DNA of 64,000 nucleotides, from the NCBI RefSeq assembly GCF_009914755.1, contig NC_060933.1. One strand, given 5' to 3'. Positions 1 to 13,625 of the stretch are shown piece by piece (within the stretch, counting starts at the first letter, position 1; every line of letters starts with the position of its first letter). The notes beneath the pieces were generated by a model that saw only the letters and a program-made list of their open reading frames with translations, made no database searches and was not told the origin of the DNA. The translations under genes were made by a program, and so were the position numbers. The stretch comes from the human T2T-CHM13v2.0 reference genome, Homo sapiens.

Positions 1-2555
1 GTCGCACAAAAGCTCCTCAAAGTACACGGTGACAGAGGTAGGTCCTGATTGCAGGTTAGTCCCCTTGTTTCATTGCTTATTGCCTTAGAAGTTCTGCTCT
101 TTGTGGCTTAGTGCAGCTGAGGTAGAAGACGCTGTGCCTGCTCTAAGGGAAAACACAGATCCAGTAGGACATGGTGTAAAACCCGTTTCAGTGTTGAGCC
201 CCGCACAAGCCCTCGCTTGGCAAGCATAGGTGTAGGAGAGATCTGGGTATTCCAGAGGCAAAAGAAAATATCCAAGTGGGTTTGAGAAACTAGAACAGAG
301 TTGTTCCCAGAAACGTTCTCTACTGTGGGATCCCGGGAAACATTGTTGGATCCCTCTTGCCTCCTAGATTTTGAGGGGTCCTAGATGTTCAGGTCAGGTA
401 GCCATGCATATATGGCATTGGCAGATACCCCTTGTCAGTGAGCTCACCTCAGCTTTGGAAGCCCTGTCCCATCCCAGACCATTTGTGTTATGTGTGCTCC
501 AGAGGGCTGCCCTTCTCCTCTTCCCTCTCCCCGTCCCTGCCAGGAAGTTCTGGTTCTTTTGGAATCAGTGGACATTTGCCAGAGAAGGCTTTGGAAACTT
601 TCTTTGGTTTAGAGGTCTGCAGGCATGGCCCACGTGGCCTTTCACTCTTTAGGGTTCTCTCGCTTTTCTATCTTGACTGTGGAGTTGGGAATCCGTGAGA
701 TGAAAGGCTTCACCAAATTCCAGTTAATTTTTAGTTACGAGGGAAACCTTTTATACATGTAAAAGAGTGTCTAAATTTACTTTTCTAAATGTTTAAATTT
801 ATCTGACAAATTTTATTTATAAATCTAATATTTGCATAAAAAAAGAACAAACTCATTTGTTCCTTGATTAATGTTCACATGATGCATAAATCAAATCCTA
901 ACCGTTATGTTTATGTAGCCAAATTTCCTTGGACATTTTAACTATGATTATAAATTTAATATATACATTTCTCACAAATGTCACAATTTTTCTAGGCATT
1001 TAATGCCCATAACTTTAATAAATCAGACATTAGTTAGCTTGAATTCTCCTATTTCAGACATTTTCAAAAACAGTATGTAAACCAGTATAATATTTACAGA
1101 ACACAGATGCACCTTTATAAACACAATTTACATAAGATCGATAGATAAGTAGATAGACTTTGCCCAATCAAGGGGAAACAATATTACCATATTGGCTAGG
1201 AGTCTACTAAGAAGAAATAATCATAGAATCTGAAGGCCATTTTAGAGGCATAGAATCTGGTTATGCCTTTGAAGAATAAACCTGCAGTTATTGGGCAGGG
1301 GCTCCTAATTAAGGTCAGGTTTCATTTGATTCATCAACTCTGTAAACCTTGTGCCTTTCACTGGGGTCCTGACTAGTCTTACAAGTTTCGTGAACTGTCT
1401 CTGAAGTCCATGGAGGTGGTACTTCCCAGGTCCTAGAATTTTATTTCCTTTTGTGTAACTCATATGACTTTTTACATTACAGCCTTGGACATAGGAATGA
1501 AATGTTGAAGCCTTTACTCAAGTTGCAGTTGCATCTTGTTCCTTTGTTTTACGAATTGTGTGTGTCTCACTGACCCCAATTCTGTAGGCATCATAGCGAC
1601 AGTTTCCACTCATCACTGGGGATCCTCTGGAGAAAGTATGTCGTTGCCCTGATGTCCCATGCAGGAGATTCAGTAGTTGCCACAAAGACAGACTGACAGT
1701 TACGTTTTTCTTCAAATATATACCTCCCTCACTTGAGGGTATTTCTCTTATTTTCTCTGCTGGCAGTTATCTCAAGGTGATTGGCATTGGGAACTTATTC
1801 CCAAAGGACAGGTTCCTGGCACTTCCTTCCCACTTTTTTCTTTCCAGGAGAGACTCAGGTAGAGCATTTCATCTTCAGCCTAAAGAATCAAAATAACTAC
1901 CTTGAACTTGAGAGCAGTGTTATTAATTTCCAGGACTTCATCATCTTTTCTCAGTGCTGAATATTCATGGGTGAGCCTGCTTAAACCCATGGGCAGTGGG
2001 CACCATGAGCCAAATCCACTCCATGTTTGGGAGTATCCAGTGATGTTGTCCGTTCTGAGCTATGTGTTGAACACTGTGTTAGGCATCATGGGGGATTCAG
2101 AGATGTGTAAACACAGGTGTAGGAGGAGTGACATGGATGTTCTGGAGGCAAAATACAATACCCAAGGAAGTTGGAAAGACTAAGAAAAAAGCCATTCCCA
2201 GAAACTTTTTCAGCTATGGGATCTTGGGAAGCAATTTTGGATCTTCGTCGGTGCCTACACTTTGAGGTGCTCTGGAGTTTTGGGCCAAGTGGCCAAGACA
2301 GTGGCAGACATCTCTCATCAGTGAGCCCATCTCAGCTTTGGGAAGTCACATCCCATCCCAGCCCACTGATGTATTATGCTGCTCCACACTGATGCAGTTA
2401 TACTCCCTCACCACCACCAGGAGCTCATCTGAAATATTTTACAAGAAAAACACCCAGTGGAGGTTATTGACAGTAAATTCGGGGAATGAAGCAATTGTGA
2501 TGGGCCAGAGTGTTTAAAGAAGTCACGTTGAGGAAGAGAGATGTCAACTGGGTTA

Positions 2556-3325
2556 CTGACTTAGAAGAGTTTTTTGTGTATTCTAGATACAAGTCCTTTT
2601 TCAGACGCTTTGCAATGTTTACTCCCTGTCTGCATAATGTCCCATTTTATAGTATGAATATAACACATTTTGTTTATCCATTCACCAGTTGATGGACATT
2701 TGGATTATTTCCTGTTTGGGGCTATTATAAATAATTCTGCCGTGAAATTTGCTTTCAAGGCTTTGTATGGACATGTGTTTTCATTTCTCTTGGGTAAAGA
2801 CCTAGGAGTGAGATTACTAAGTTATATGGTAAGTGTGTGTTCAACTTTATAGGAAACTGCCAAACTGTTTTCCAAAGTGGCTGTGCCATTTTATCTTCCC
2901 ACCAGCAACATTTGAGGTTACAGTTTCTTCACATCCTCACCAACACCTGTGTTGTCAGTCTTTTGGACAATAACCATTGTAGTGGATGTATAGTGTTATT
3001 TCACGGTATTGTAATTTATGTTTCCCTATTGACTAATGATTTGAGCATCTTTTCAAGTGCTTATTAGCCATTCATCTGTCTTCTACGATGAAAAGCCTAT
3101 TCAAACCAGTAATATATTTTACATTTTATTGAGTTTTCTTATATTGAGTTGTGGGAATTTTTTAAATAGTCTGTACATATCCTTTATCAGATCTTTGATT
3201 TACAAACACTTTCTCCTGGTTCGTGTCTTGTTTTGTCACTTTCTTAATAGTGTATAAAGAGCAAAAGTTATACATTTTGATGAAGCCCAATTTGTCAACT
3301 TTTTCTTAATGGATCATGTGCTTTA
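2556..3325 (-). mobile_element. Old L1M 3' region fragments
   Basis: Typical antisense L1M text (tttatccattcaccagttgatggacatttgg; aaactgccaaactgttttccaaagtggctgt). Confidence 0.8.
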
Positions 3326-4989
3326 AAATTTGAGTTCATGAAGTTTCATGTCCTTTCTAGGTAAAGAATATTTTTTCCTCAGAGCTCTAGCAAGCAGCTC
3401 CAGGGAAAACTCAAGCCTTCAATGTTTTAGCTTTCTTGTGAGATTTATTTATTTTTTAAATAAATCAGAAACCTCTCTTTCTATAGATATGTGAACTTTC
3501 TTTAAACGAGGAGATCTCTGGCCCTGAAAAACTTTGAAACCACTGGTTCAGGTGAAGTCGATCATTACCTGCTATTTCACTGCCATGAGAGTGAGAAGTC
3601 TGTCGTGAGAGAGGGTTAAGGGAGTCAGGGCATTGGCGCACCTGCTGGTCCCCTGTGCCAGCCTGAGAGCAGAACTGTTGGGAAATGTCTCCAGTGGCCT
3701 TGGCAGGCTTACCCATGAATGTTCAGCACCAAATTATGAATATCCATGACATCATCTCTAAATGTTAGGGTAGGGCTGAATCAACTTCCATTTAATACAA
3801 AATATAAACATTATGAAAATTCTTTGTTTCTTCTAATAACTAACGTGGCCAGATGTCACTATCACTTCACATCGTAATATCAGATTGTCACCATTCATTA
3901 TTGACCCTTCGATTACTCTTTAAATGAAAATGGTACGTTAGCTGCCTATGATGCAACATTTTACACTTTTAAATCGTTTCTTGCTGTAATTTTATTTTTA
4001 TCTCAAATCTAGATACCATGACTAAGTGTAGTATAATCAGGTTGCTATATGCATGTTTCAGAAATGTCTGAAATTTTCCAGAGCTGACCTTTCCTGTAGC
4101 GCATTTGTAAGCACAGCTTTCTGCATACAATTTCTGAAATATATGGCGAATGGCAAGAGCTTCCTGAGGCGAGTTGTCAACAGGGAGCTGCCTGTTTACA
4201 AGCCATTATCTTTCACCTCTATCCAACCCCAGGTGCTAACACCCCAGGATATAGCACATAAATTGGTGACACATCCCAGAAGATATGAGGCCCATAAATC
4301 AATGAAGAGTTTATGTTCCTTTTCGACCATGGGATTTAAATTATTTTGGCAATAGAGTGAACTTAGATTCTTATTCGATAGATATATCCAGAAGAAGTCA
4401 GTACTATCTACTTATTGATGAGCAACATTACCTTCATTTTATTATTTCCTTTTTGTACCTTATTTAAAAGAAGTTAGTTAATTTTCATGGGTGAGAAAGA
4501 ACCAGTAATAAATCTTGCCTTTTGCATTATTAAATAAATTATAATTTTGAGGTCAGAGTATGTGGGCAAATGGAGAAGAGGAATGATAGAAGAAAAGGCA
4601 GAGAGAATGGAGTGAGTGTATTTTTGTCCTTCAGTTTCTAATCTTCCCTACAGAGAGTGTTCTATGCTAAGAAGTGAGTGAAATGCTTGGAAGCTATTGC
4701 CTGCTATAATGCTTGTTGGTTGTGTGTGTTTCTGCAAATCAATTTCCCTCTATCATCTAATTTTTTGCCTTTTATAAAATGGAGGATATATTTGAAAGTC
4801 TTCTGCGCTTTAGATGTTTTATCCAATACCATTATAGAATTTTATATTTGTATAATGTTTAATTTCTTCTAAAGGTTAAAATAGTACAATATGTTGAATA
4901 ATGTTATATGCATAGTTTTCAGATCAAAGTAGATTTTTCCACGAGTAATTAAAGCTGGTGTGATCTGTGCCTGAAAAAGATCTCTTTTG

Positions 4990-5291
4990 GGCCAGGCACG
5001 GTGGCTCACACCTGAAATCCCAGCGCTTTGGGGCACCAAAGCAGGAGGATTATTTGAGTCCAGGAGTTTGAGACCAGCCTGGGCAACATAGAAAGACCTC
5101 CTCTTTACAAAAAAATTTAAAAAAATTTAGCCAGGCATGGTGACGTGTACCTGTAGTCCTAGCTCCTTGGGAGACTGAGGCAGGAGGAACCCTTAAGCCC
5201 AGGAAGTTTGAGGTTACAGTGGGCTATGATCACACCATTGCATTCCTGCCTGGGTGACAGAGCCAAACCCTGTCTCTAAAAAAAATAAAAT
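4990..5291 (+). mobile_element. Alu (AluJ-like)
   Basis: Dimeric Alu with A tail. Imperfect TSD aaaagatc/gc..ttttg. Confidence 0.92.
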
Positions 5292-5446
5292 AAAAGATGC
5301 CTTTTGTAGATTTATGACTAACAAATCAGCAAAAAGGGAAGGGGTAGTTAAATTATTCATACTTCCAGTAGCATAGTTATATTTGTAGGTTATGTTTTTA
5401 AAACATGCTAGATATTTACTCTTTCTAGCCTTTAATTAATAATCTA

Positions 5447-5750
5447 GGCCAGGCGCAGTGGCTGACACCTGGAATCCCAGCACCTTGGGAGTTCGAGGCA
5501 GGCAGATGGCTTGAGCTCAAGAGTTTGATACCAGCCTGGGCAACATGGCAAAAACCCATCTCTACAAAAAAATTTCAAAAAATTAGCCAGGCATGGTGGT
5601 ATGCATCTTTAGTCCCAGGTACTCAGGAGGCTGAGGTGGGAGGATCACTTGAGCCTGGGAGGCCGAGGTTGCAATGAGCTGAGATTCTGCCGCTGCTCTC
5701 CAGTCTGGGTGACAGGACCAGACCCTGTCTTAAAAGAAAACAAAAAAATA
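5447..5750 (+). mobile_element. Alu (AluJ-like)
   Basis: Dimeric Alu flanked by aataatct on both sides. Confidence 0.92.
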
Positions 5751-6240
5751 AATAATCTGACCCAATGATTGCCTTATGTGTTATATTATCATTCTTTTCC
5801 CCTGAGTAACAGATAATATTGAATCATCTAAAGCAGCTTCTTTGATTTACACCATAAAAGAAAGTGACTGGCACAAAACAAGCCAGGCTTTAGTCCTTAT
5901 GTTCTAAGCAGCCAACACCTGAAGTCATGTTGAAATACAGACTATAAGAGAACTATGGAAAGAATGTGGATGTGAGTGCCATTGATATTAAGTGAGACTC
6001 TAAAATTATATGTATATATATTGTAAAGACTGTCTCATCACACTATAACCCTTAGACCAGGCTGCAAGTGGCCACACTAGACCCTGTAACTTTTCCTATT
6101 TTGTTCCCTACATGAATTTTGAAATAATTTATGTATCGCATATGAATTTAATATTTTCCTTACAGTTTTAAAATGTATTTCAATACTAGTAAAACCTTTT
6201 TTCTATATTATTTATGCTGGAACTTTATCTCCTATCATTA

Positions 6241-6752
6241 TGTAAGCAGTGGTAGTTGTCTGTATGAGTCTGCAGCAACCTCAATTCTTGCTGCCTCAGA
6301 AGACAATAATTTGACTCAGGGGCATAAGGCAGAAGGAGAGACTGAGGCAAGTTTTAGAGCAAGAGTTAAAGTTAATTAAAAAGCTTTAGAGCAGTAATGA
6401 AAGGAAGGAAAGGACACTTGGAAGAGGGCCAAGCAGGTGACTTGAGAGACCACATGGGCAGCTTCACCTCTTGACTTGGGATCTTATACACTGACATACT
6501 TCTGGGGCATTGCATTCCTTCTCGTCACTCCTGAGATCTTATCCAGAAGCTGCTGCTCACCAGTTTCAGGTGTTTCCCATGTATTAGGAGACAGCCTTTC
6601 CCTGGTGCCAGCTGTGACCAATTATTAGTTTAGCGAGACAGTTAACAACCTGACCATCACCTGATGGTCGCCCTACACTCCTGGTGTATGTGGCAGGGGC
6701 TGAGGAGGCCTCTTCCGCCCTGCTCATACCTGACTGACTATGTACTGTAACA
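6241..6752 (-). mobile_element. ERV1 MER4-group solo LTR
   Basis: TG...CA ends with flanks ATTA/ACTA. Motif gcagcaacctcaattcttg..ggggcataaggcagaaggagagac. Family not resolved. Confidence 0.65.
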
Positions 6753-7139
6753 ACTAGTTGTGTTTGTACAGGGCTTTATGTTTGTTTTGCTTTTTTGTTG
6801 TTGGGTTTTTTTGTTTTTGTTTTTTGTTTTGCATGAAATTAAAAGGGCAAAAATGTATCCAGTGTCTAAGAGTAGGTTCCCTCCAGGAGAAATCTAATGA
6901 GGATGAGGAAATAGTATGTGTGGTGCTCAAGTCCTCTTTCTTCTTAGAGTTGGGGACTCATAAAGATGGGGAAGGCTAATGCTTCCCATGAAGGCCCTTC
7001 TTTTGGTAGATAGGGAATTCCTGCAGGGCTGGCCTTGATAAGCCGCATCTGGGTACCTGCATATGGTCATACATGGATTCTCTAGTCAAGAAATACCTTA
7101 TCCTTCCATGATGGTAGCCTTATGCCCCCAAGTTTTCTT

Positions 7140-8150
7140 ATAGTGAGCACCTACTACATGCCACCCATCATGCTGGGTTCTGGGAAAATGATAGCAGTAA
7201 AATTCGAATGGTTTTTGATCTCATGGAGTTTACAATCTAGTGGGAGAGAGTGACATACGCAGCATGTATAAAAGATGTGCTTCGAATTGAGAGAAGTCCT
7301 GGGATGACAGGAATATGATCCAGTAAGAGCATGTAACTAGAAATAAACATCTTATCTAGATGGGTGATCAGTGCGACCTGAATGAAGATCTGTAAGGTGA
7401 GTTCACTAAACACAGGGCAGAGGGAAGGCAAGTGCAGCTGCTGGAGGAGGTAAATCATGAGCCTGGAGAAGAAGGAAAGGGCCAGACTGGGTGGGGCCTT
7501 GAGGCCATCTTATAGGGTTGGGGTTTTATTCTAAAAGCAGGAGGAAGCCCCCTTGGACTATCTTGAGCAGAAGTCAAAGAGATTTGTTATGAAGTAGGTT
7601 TTTTTTGGCTCTAGTGAAAAAGAATTGGAAAGTCCACAGGGGTGTCCAAAGAAGAGAATACAGTCATGGGTTCTTAGTTTCTATTTCTGGTTAGGCCAGT
7701 AGAACCCCTTTCTCATCCCTCTTTTCCCATTATCACTAGAGAGAAACTAAAAAGGATGGCTTCAGGCTGCTAAAATACAGACTATAAGAGACTATAAAAG
7801 CCTAAAAACAAAACAAAACAGAACAACAACAACAACAACATAAGGTGGGTTGGACAAGCTTGCCTGAATACTGGAAGGCCAGTTAGGAGAATGTTGCAGT
7901 AAATCAGAGGAGAAATGATGGTAATTTGGACTAATTTAGGATCTGAAATATATTTAGAAGGTAAAATCAAGAGTACCAGGTGATGGATTGATAATGGGGG
8001 CCAAGGAAGAAAGATGTGTCAAATATAACTCCCAGGATTCTGGCTTGCTCAGCCAAGTGGAAGGTGACACCTGTCATTGAGATAGGGAACTTCGGAAGAA
8101 GCCCAGACTTCCAGGCCCAGGATGATGAGTTCAGACTTGGTTGTGTTGGA
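7140..8150 (-). mobile_element. L2 relic interrupted by MER30B
   Basis: gagcacctactacatgcca, ggagtttacaatctagtggg and gatgatgagttcag are typical of antisense L2. Confidence 0.65.
7637..7862 (+). mobile_element. MER30B-like hAT-Charlie MITE
   Basis: Ends CAGGGGTGTCCAA ... GGTTGGACAAGCTTG. Body matches recalled MER30B. Confidence 0.75.
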
Positions 8151-8745
8151 GTTTCTTCCCTTCTGCTCTGTTTTATACACCTAGAGCAGTTACCATAATT
8201 TAGGGCCATTCCAAGCCCCCTGGTTTGCAAAGCATAGTTTTTGTTGTTATTAGGTTTTTTTTTTTTCTTTTTCTTTTACATAGAATGTAAGGGATGCTGA
8301 GTGAAAAGTCCCATGCCTCAATGTGAGAAGAGACATCTCATGTTTTAGAAGTGACGTGACCAGGCACTTCATCTCTAAATGGATGTGTCATCACACACAC
8401 ATAAACCCCATTAACTAACTTTCACCCATTTGATAAAATAGTCATTTTGCCCAAGAAATTCTTCAGTATGAAAATATATTTACCCTTTATGGGGCTTCCA
8501 TCTTGACACACGAACATTTAAATTGAGCATTTATCCCTCTTGAATTTGGCTGTTTTAAAAATAAATAAATAAATTGAGCATATGATTACACATATGTAGA
8601 CTTGGCCTCACTATATAGCTGATTCTAACGTCTCTTAATCCTTAGCTCTCTTCAGTACTCATTTGTGTTGTTTTGTTTCCAACCCTTTATTCTGTGCATG
8701 CAGCCTTGTGTGCTCTACCCCGGAACTTTTAATCCCCCTGTTTCC

Positions 8746-8870
8746 TTTTTAAAATTTTCATAGAGATGGGGTCTTTCGCTATCCAAGCTGTTCTGGAACT
8801 CCTAAAGCAATCCTTCCACTTTGGCCTCCCAAAATGCTGGGATTACAGGTGTGAGCCACCACAACCAGCC
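8746..8870 (-). mobile_element. FLAM/Alu left monomer
   Basis: Antisense monomer ending gtgagccaccacaaccagcc. Confidence 0.8.
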
Positions 8871-9310
8871 TAGTTTCCCTTTCTATTCAGTGGCTTTGCC
8901 TCCCCTCCCCTGGGCTCCCTCATCATGAACCAGTGTAGAGGCTGATGCATCTGCTATGTTGCCCTGAGAAGAGCTGTCATTTTCTGAAGGAGATGGACTA
9001 CATGACTTACCGAGTCTTGAACATCTCTCATTTTGAGATTCATTTACCTTTTTTAAAGGGAAAGAATAGATGACTAACTTTGGTAGATAAAATGTGTGTG
9101 GTTAGTGGTAATAATAATAATTAGCAACTAATATTTAATAATTGTAGATGTACAATGTTTTGCATAACATACCCATGGCTGGCTAAAGTCCCAAGAAATA
9201 CAGAAGGATTTAAGATGAAAAGTGCATTCCTGCACCTCCCACATCTGGAAATCACCGTCTCACCTGCTTCTCATATATCCTCCCAGGATTTTAAAAATGC
9301 TCATACAGGC

Positions 9311-9330
9311 TGTGTGTGTGTGTGTGTGTG
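9311..9330. repeat. (TG)10 microsatellite
   Basis: Read directly. Confidence 0.95.
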
Positions 9331-10552
9331 TACACACAATGTATTCATTTGAATGCACCTGGCATCATATTAACATGCTAAAAGCTAGGAATTACATCCT
9401 GTATATTGTTAATGTCATAGTTACTGTTAATTGGATGATGTTTAAAGTTTGCAAGCAGGCCCATCTCCTTTTATCCTTTATCTTCCTCTACCTCCTTACC
9501 TACTTGTTTTATCACTGAAGTCCCACTCCCTCCCCTCCCAGCTTACTCTATAAAAGCTAGTCTCAGCTGTTCCAGTACCAGCATCGCTTATACTGACCCC
9601 ACTTTCAGGTGCCCACTTACCCTGGGAGCCCCAACACTTTGGCATGTTTTGGTTTCCAGTTGCCTCTATACGCAGATCTATATCAGTGGGTGTCTGTTTC
9701 AAGGAAAGTAACTGAGGATGCTAACTAACCTTGTTACTTTTTTAGTAGATTGAAAAAAGATATCACAATTGAAATATTAATTGACCAACTATTCAGTGTT
9801 CATTAAGCAAATCAGATGTTAGCAAGAATCAGCCTTCAAATGAAGACTAATATCTGGTGTGAAAAGAATAGAAAAGCTCTTACTTCAAAGGTTCATTAAC
9901 TGTCAGAAAAAGGGCATGACATAATCCTTGATGTGATTCTGAACCGGGCATTCCACAGTTGCGTGCATCAGTAAAGCGAAATTTACCACCCTCCTTTTAT
10001 GTGTTTTTAAGCCTTGGTGGATTAAAAGCTCTTGTTTGGATAAATCTAACAATGGTGTGTTATCTACATATTATTTTCATTCTCCTTGCCTGGGAATCTA
10101 CAAACAGCAAAATTCTTCTTAATTTCACATTAAGAATATTTTGATTTGACAGGTTTTCAACAACACAAGAATCATTTGGGGGAGTTTCTGACTTCCCTTT
10201 AAGCATAATAATGTTGACTAAATAGATTGATTCATTATCCACTCCTTAACCATCTTAGCTATCTGTCTGTCATTTTTGACAGAGTAGTCTCTGTTGAAAT
10301 GCTGGTAGTAATTACACATATCCCTGTCTGCATAAGTCAGTGTATAATGAGCATGATTGGTAAACTTTATGCATTTACATTTAATCTAAAAGGAAGGACA
10401 TGTTAAACTCACAGAGATAGAAGCTGTAGCTTATGTGAAAAGTATTTCTAGAATGGCATTGCTCACATTTTTTTACTGTGCTCAGGAACACATTTCCAGC
10501 TTTGAGGATATCCTGAATTACTTCATTTTTGCATGTATACTCATTACTCCTC

Positions 10553-10729
10553 TTTTTGTTTTTTTTTTGTTTTTGTTTTTGTTTTTTTTGTGTGACTAGG
10601 TCTTGCTGTGTTGTCCAGACTGGTCTCAAACTATTGGGCTCAAGCGATACGCTCACCTCGGCCTCCCAAACTCAAACTTTGGGAGGCCAAGGTGAGAGAG
10701 ATTACAGGCATGAGCTACCATGCCCGGCC
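10553..10729 (-). mobile_element. FLAM monomer with internal inverted duplication
   Basis: Antisense monomer. TSD ACTCCTC at 10546-10552 and 10730-10736. Confidence 0.85.
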
Positions 10730-12539
10730 ACTCCTCAGTTTCTGAATACCATGAGCTGATATTTTCTGACAAATCATATTCTTACAGGTTCTTTGGTTGG
10801 TCGTCACCTGGCTCTGCTTTTTAATCCCCTAGTTAAAATTCTCCCCAAGTGTTACCCATTTGCTCAAAACCTTGCACTGCTGGGCTGTGAAATGCAAGGT
10901 TAAATTATAGCCAGCTCTTGGGGACTTGTGACTGTGCAAGTCATTTCATTATTCAGCCCTTCCCTTTCAACTGGGGACATTGGCCTAGGGGATCTCTCAG
11001 GTCTCTTCCCATTCTCGTAGGGGAGAACAGCCATAGGTGATCTCTAGTCATCTCTGACTATAAACATTGGAATGTGGCCCCTGGCCCCACCATTCCACTC
11101 ATCCGCATATACATTTCTTTCCCCTTTCCCGGATTCCTGGCGTGGAGCACCACCTGTGTGGTGAATGTGACAGGAGTACATGCTCAGTCAGCTTGGGTGA
11201 AGTGGAGAGTGAAAATGCTGTTCATGTGGACACAGCCTCCACACTGTAAGACGTGGCATGCCACTTGTATCAGAATATTACATGGAGACAAAGGGAGCTA
11301 AGCTATTCTTAGGTCTCAGCCCAGGAGTGAGCAATCTTTGACGTATTTTTAGGCACCGTGATGTCTTTGCAGTTGTAGCTTTACCACAGAAGCTTTGTGA
11401 AAGCTTTTTCTACCACAGTGGCTGAGACCCACACACCTGTTGCCTTCATCCTTTCTATGCATTTTGCTTCACCCCTTTGCGCATCACCTGGCTGATTGAG
11501 TTAAACCAGCCTCCCTCTGGGCCCACCAGAGAATAAGGTGGTGCTGCATTAACAGGCCTCCTCCTCGGGTGTTGATCCTCAAAGGATGCTCCTCTCCTTT
11601 GACCAAAGAGGAAGCTGACATTATAGAGTTAAAGGTGCGTGGCCAGAGGGTGGCGGGGGAGAAAGCTAACTACGTGTCTGCGTTTGATTTTTTTCCTGCC
11701 ATCCTTTTGCATATTCTCTATGCTTTGGTGAAGGAGGAGGATCACTAGAATGGGACTTGAAAATTTAGAAACCATAGTCTCAGCCTTGCCCATACTTCTA
11801 ATGAGACTTGGACAGGCCATTGAATGGCTGGAAGTTCTGAGTCGCTGTGTCTCAGTTCAGGGGTGCTGCGTAGGTGAGACAGGCTGATGGGGGGCGCACT
11901 CCCCTCTCACCTCATCCCTTAACTGTTCATTCTTACCCCCACTCTGCTGTGCTCTATTTTTCCCCCAACTCCTCCAGAACTCCCACCCACAGCCAGACAT
12001 CTCCTCTGCCATACCTCTGGTGAGGAGTTTTCAGATCCATTCTGGAACGCTGCAAATGACAGGAGCTCACTCTCAATTTTTGCTGCAATTGTTAGGAAGC
12101 AAGGGCTTCTTTCTGTGAAGTCTAACTGCTGCCTCTTCGGAACACCCAGGAGCCTTCCTAGTTCTCGATCTCTAGAGCAAAACTGAATAAACACACTCTC
12201 TTTCGCTTAAGTTTCTTAACATGTTTGTGGAGAGGTCTCAAGTCCCTGCTAAGTCTTCTCAAATCCAAACAATACAGTCCTCATTTCTCAGTCATGGGGC
12301 AGGAATGAAGGATTTAATAAACAGAAAGTGGTTTCTGAATGCTCTTCCTCCAGGACACTCTGAGGATGAAATTTTCTTGGACAGTGTCCCACTGAAGATG
12401 TTGCTCTCAGGTGTGGAAACACAGTGCCCCAAACACAATCTGGCTAGTGCAAGCATGACGGCTCTTTGTTCCTTTGATCTGGACATTGAACACTTACCAG
12501 TGCAGCCAGGAGGAAGGTTAAATGAATTATTTATGCAGC

Positions 12540-12800
12540 CATTAAAATCATGTTTTCAAAGGATATTTAATGATGCAATATAATAAATGGAAAAATCAGG
12601 CACAAAATTGTATGTACAGTAAGATCCCAATTATGTATAAAAATATAAATATGCAAGGGAAAAACCCTCAAAGGAAATACATCAAAATGTTACTGATTAT
12701 CTTTGGAGAGTGTAATCATAGGTGATTATGATTTTCAACTTTATCACCTTCTTATAGTTTCCATATGAACGTGTTTTATTTTTATAATCAGAAAAAGTTT
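12540..12800 (+). mobile_element. Old L1M (L1ME-like) 3' fragment
   Basis: tgtatgtacagtaagatcccaattatgt..ggaaatacatcaaaatgtta motifs. Confidence 0.55.
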
Positions 12801-13569
12801 TTTTAAAAAAGATCTTAACCCTTCTGAGAACTACTTATATCCTTACTCTTTTCCCCTAATTTTCCTTATCTAGATCTTTACAGATTGCTTTGTCAAAATT
12901 TCATTTTTGATCTCTAGCTCTTGTGGCATCTTGAAGCTCTCTGGAATATAGGAACCATATAGTTGCCAATAATCTGTCAAATGCTTCTGCTTTACACTGT
13001 TATTCCTTATGTAGGAGTTCTTATACTTAATTTTTTTTAAGTCAATGCCTGCATTTTCCAATGAAGCAGTTTCTATGAAGTAAAAAACTATATCTGTTTA
13101 ACTCACTACTCATTCCTTTGTTCCCTAAAACACGAGATGCTTGAAAATTCCCAGGTAAGTGAGTGACAGCCCCACCCATCTAGTTATTAGCCCTGTGGCC
13201 TCAGGCGAGTCACTCTTCTCTACCAGTGCTGGAGGATGTTGACGCTTGCCTGCCTACCCTACCAGGCTGTTTCAGATTCCAATGAGGATAACAAACACGA
13301 TTGTCCTCTGTAGTTCTGTGTTCTGTTGTAGCCTCCTTTCTCTCGTAGTCAGGGTTCTTGGCTTCTCAGTGTTTCCTTCACTATTTTTAATCCCAAAGGT
13401 GGCCTCCCAAGGGTTTTGTCTCCTCCCTATCCTCTAGGTATATTCCTGTTGATGGGAATTAAATCTAGATGTGATTCACTCAATATTCACTAGCTGCCAG
13501 GAATTGGGTTTTGCTTTTCTGTTCTCTTCTCTCATTCTCCCTGCAAGATTGCATTAATATCGCCATTTG

Positions 13570-13625
13570 ATTAATGAGAAAACCAGGACATAAGGTTTAT
13601 TAATGAGAAAACCAGGACATAAGGT
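13570..13625. repeat. Perfect 27-bp tandem duplication (period 29)
   Basis: attaatgagaaaaccaggacataaggt at 13570-13596 and 13599-13625. Confidence 0.95.

Noticed and set aside
13570-13625. 27-bp direct repeat as a CRISPR-like array
   Set aside because: Only two copies with a 2-nt spacer in primate DNA, so a simple tandem duplication.
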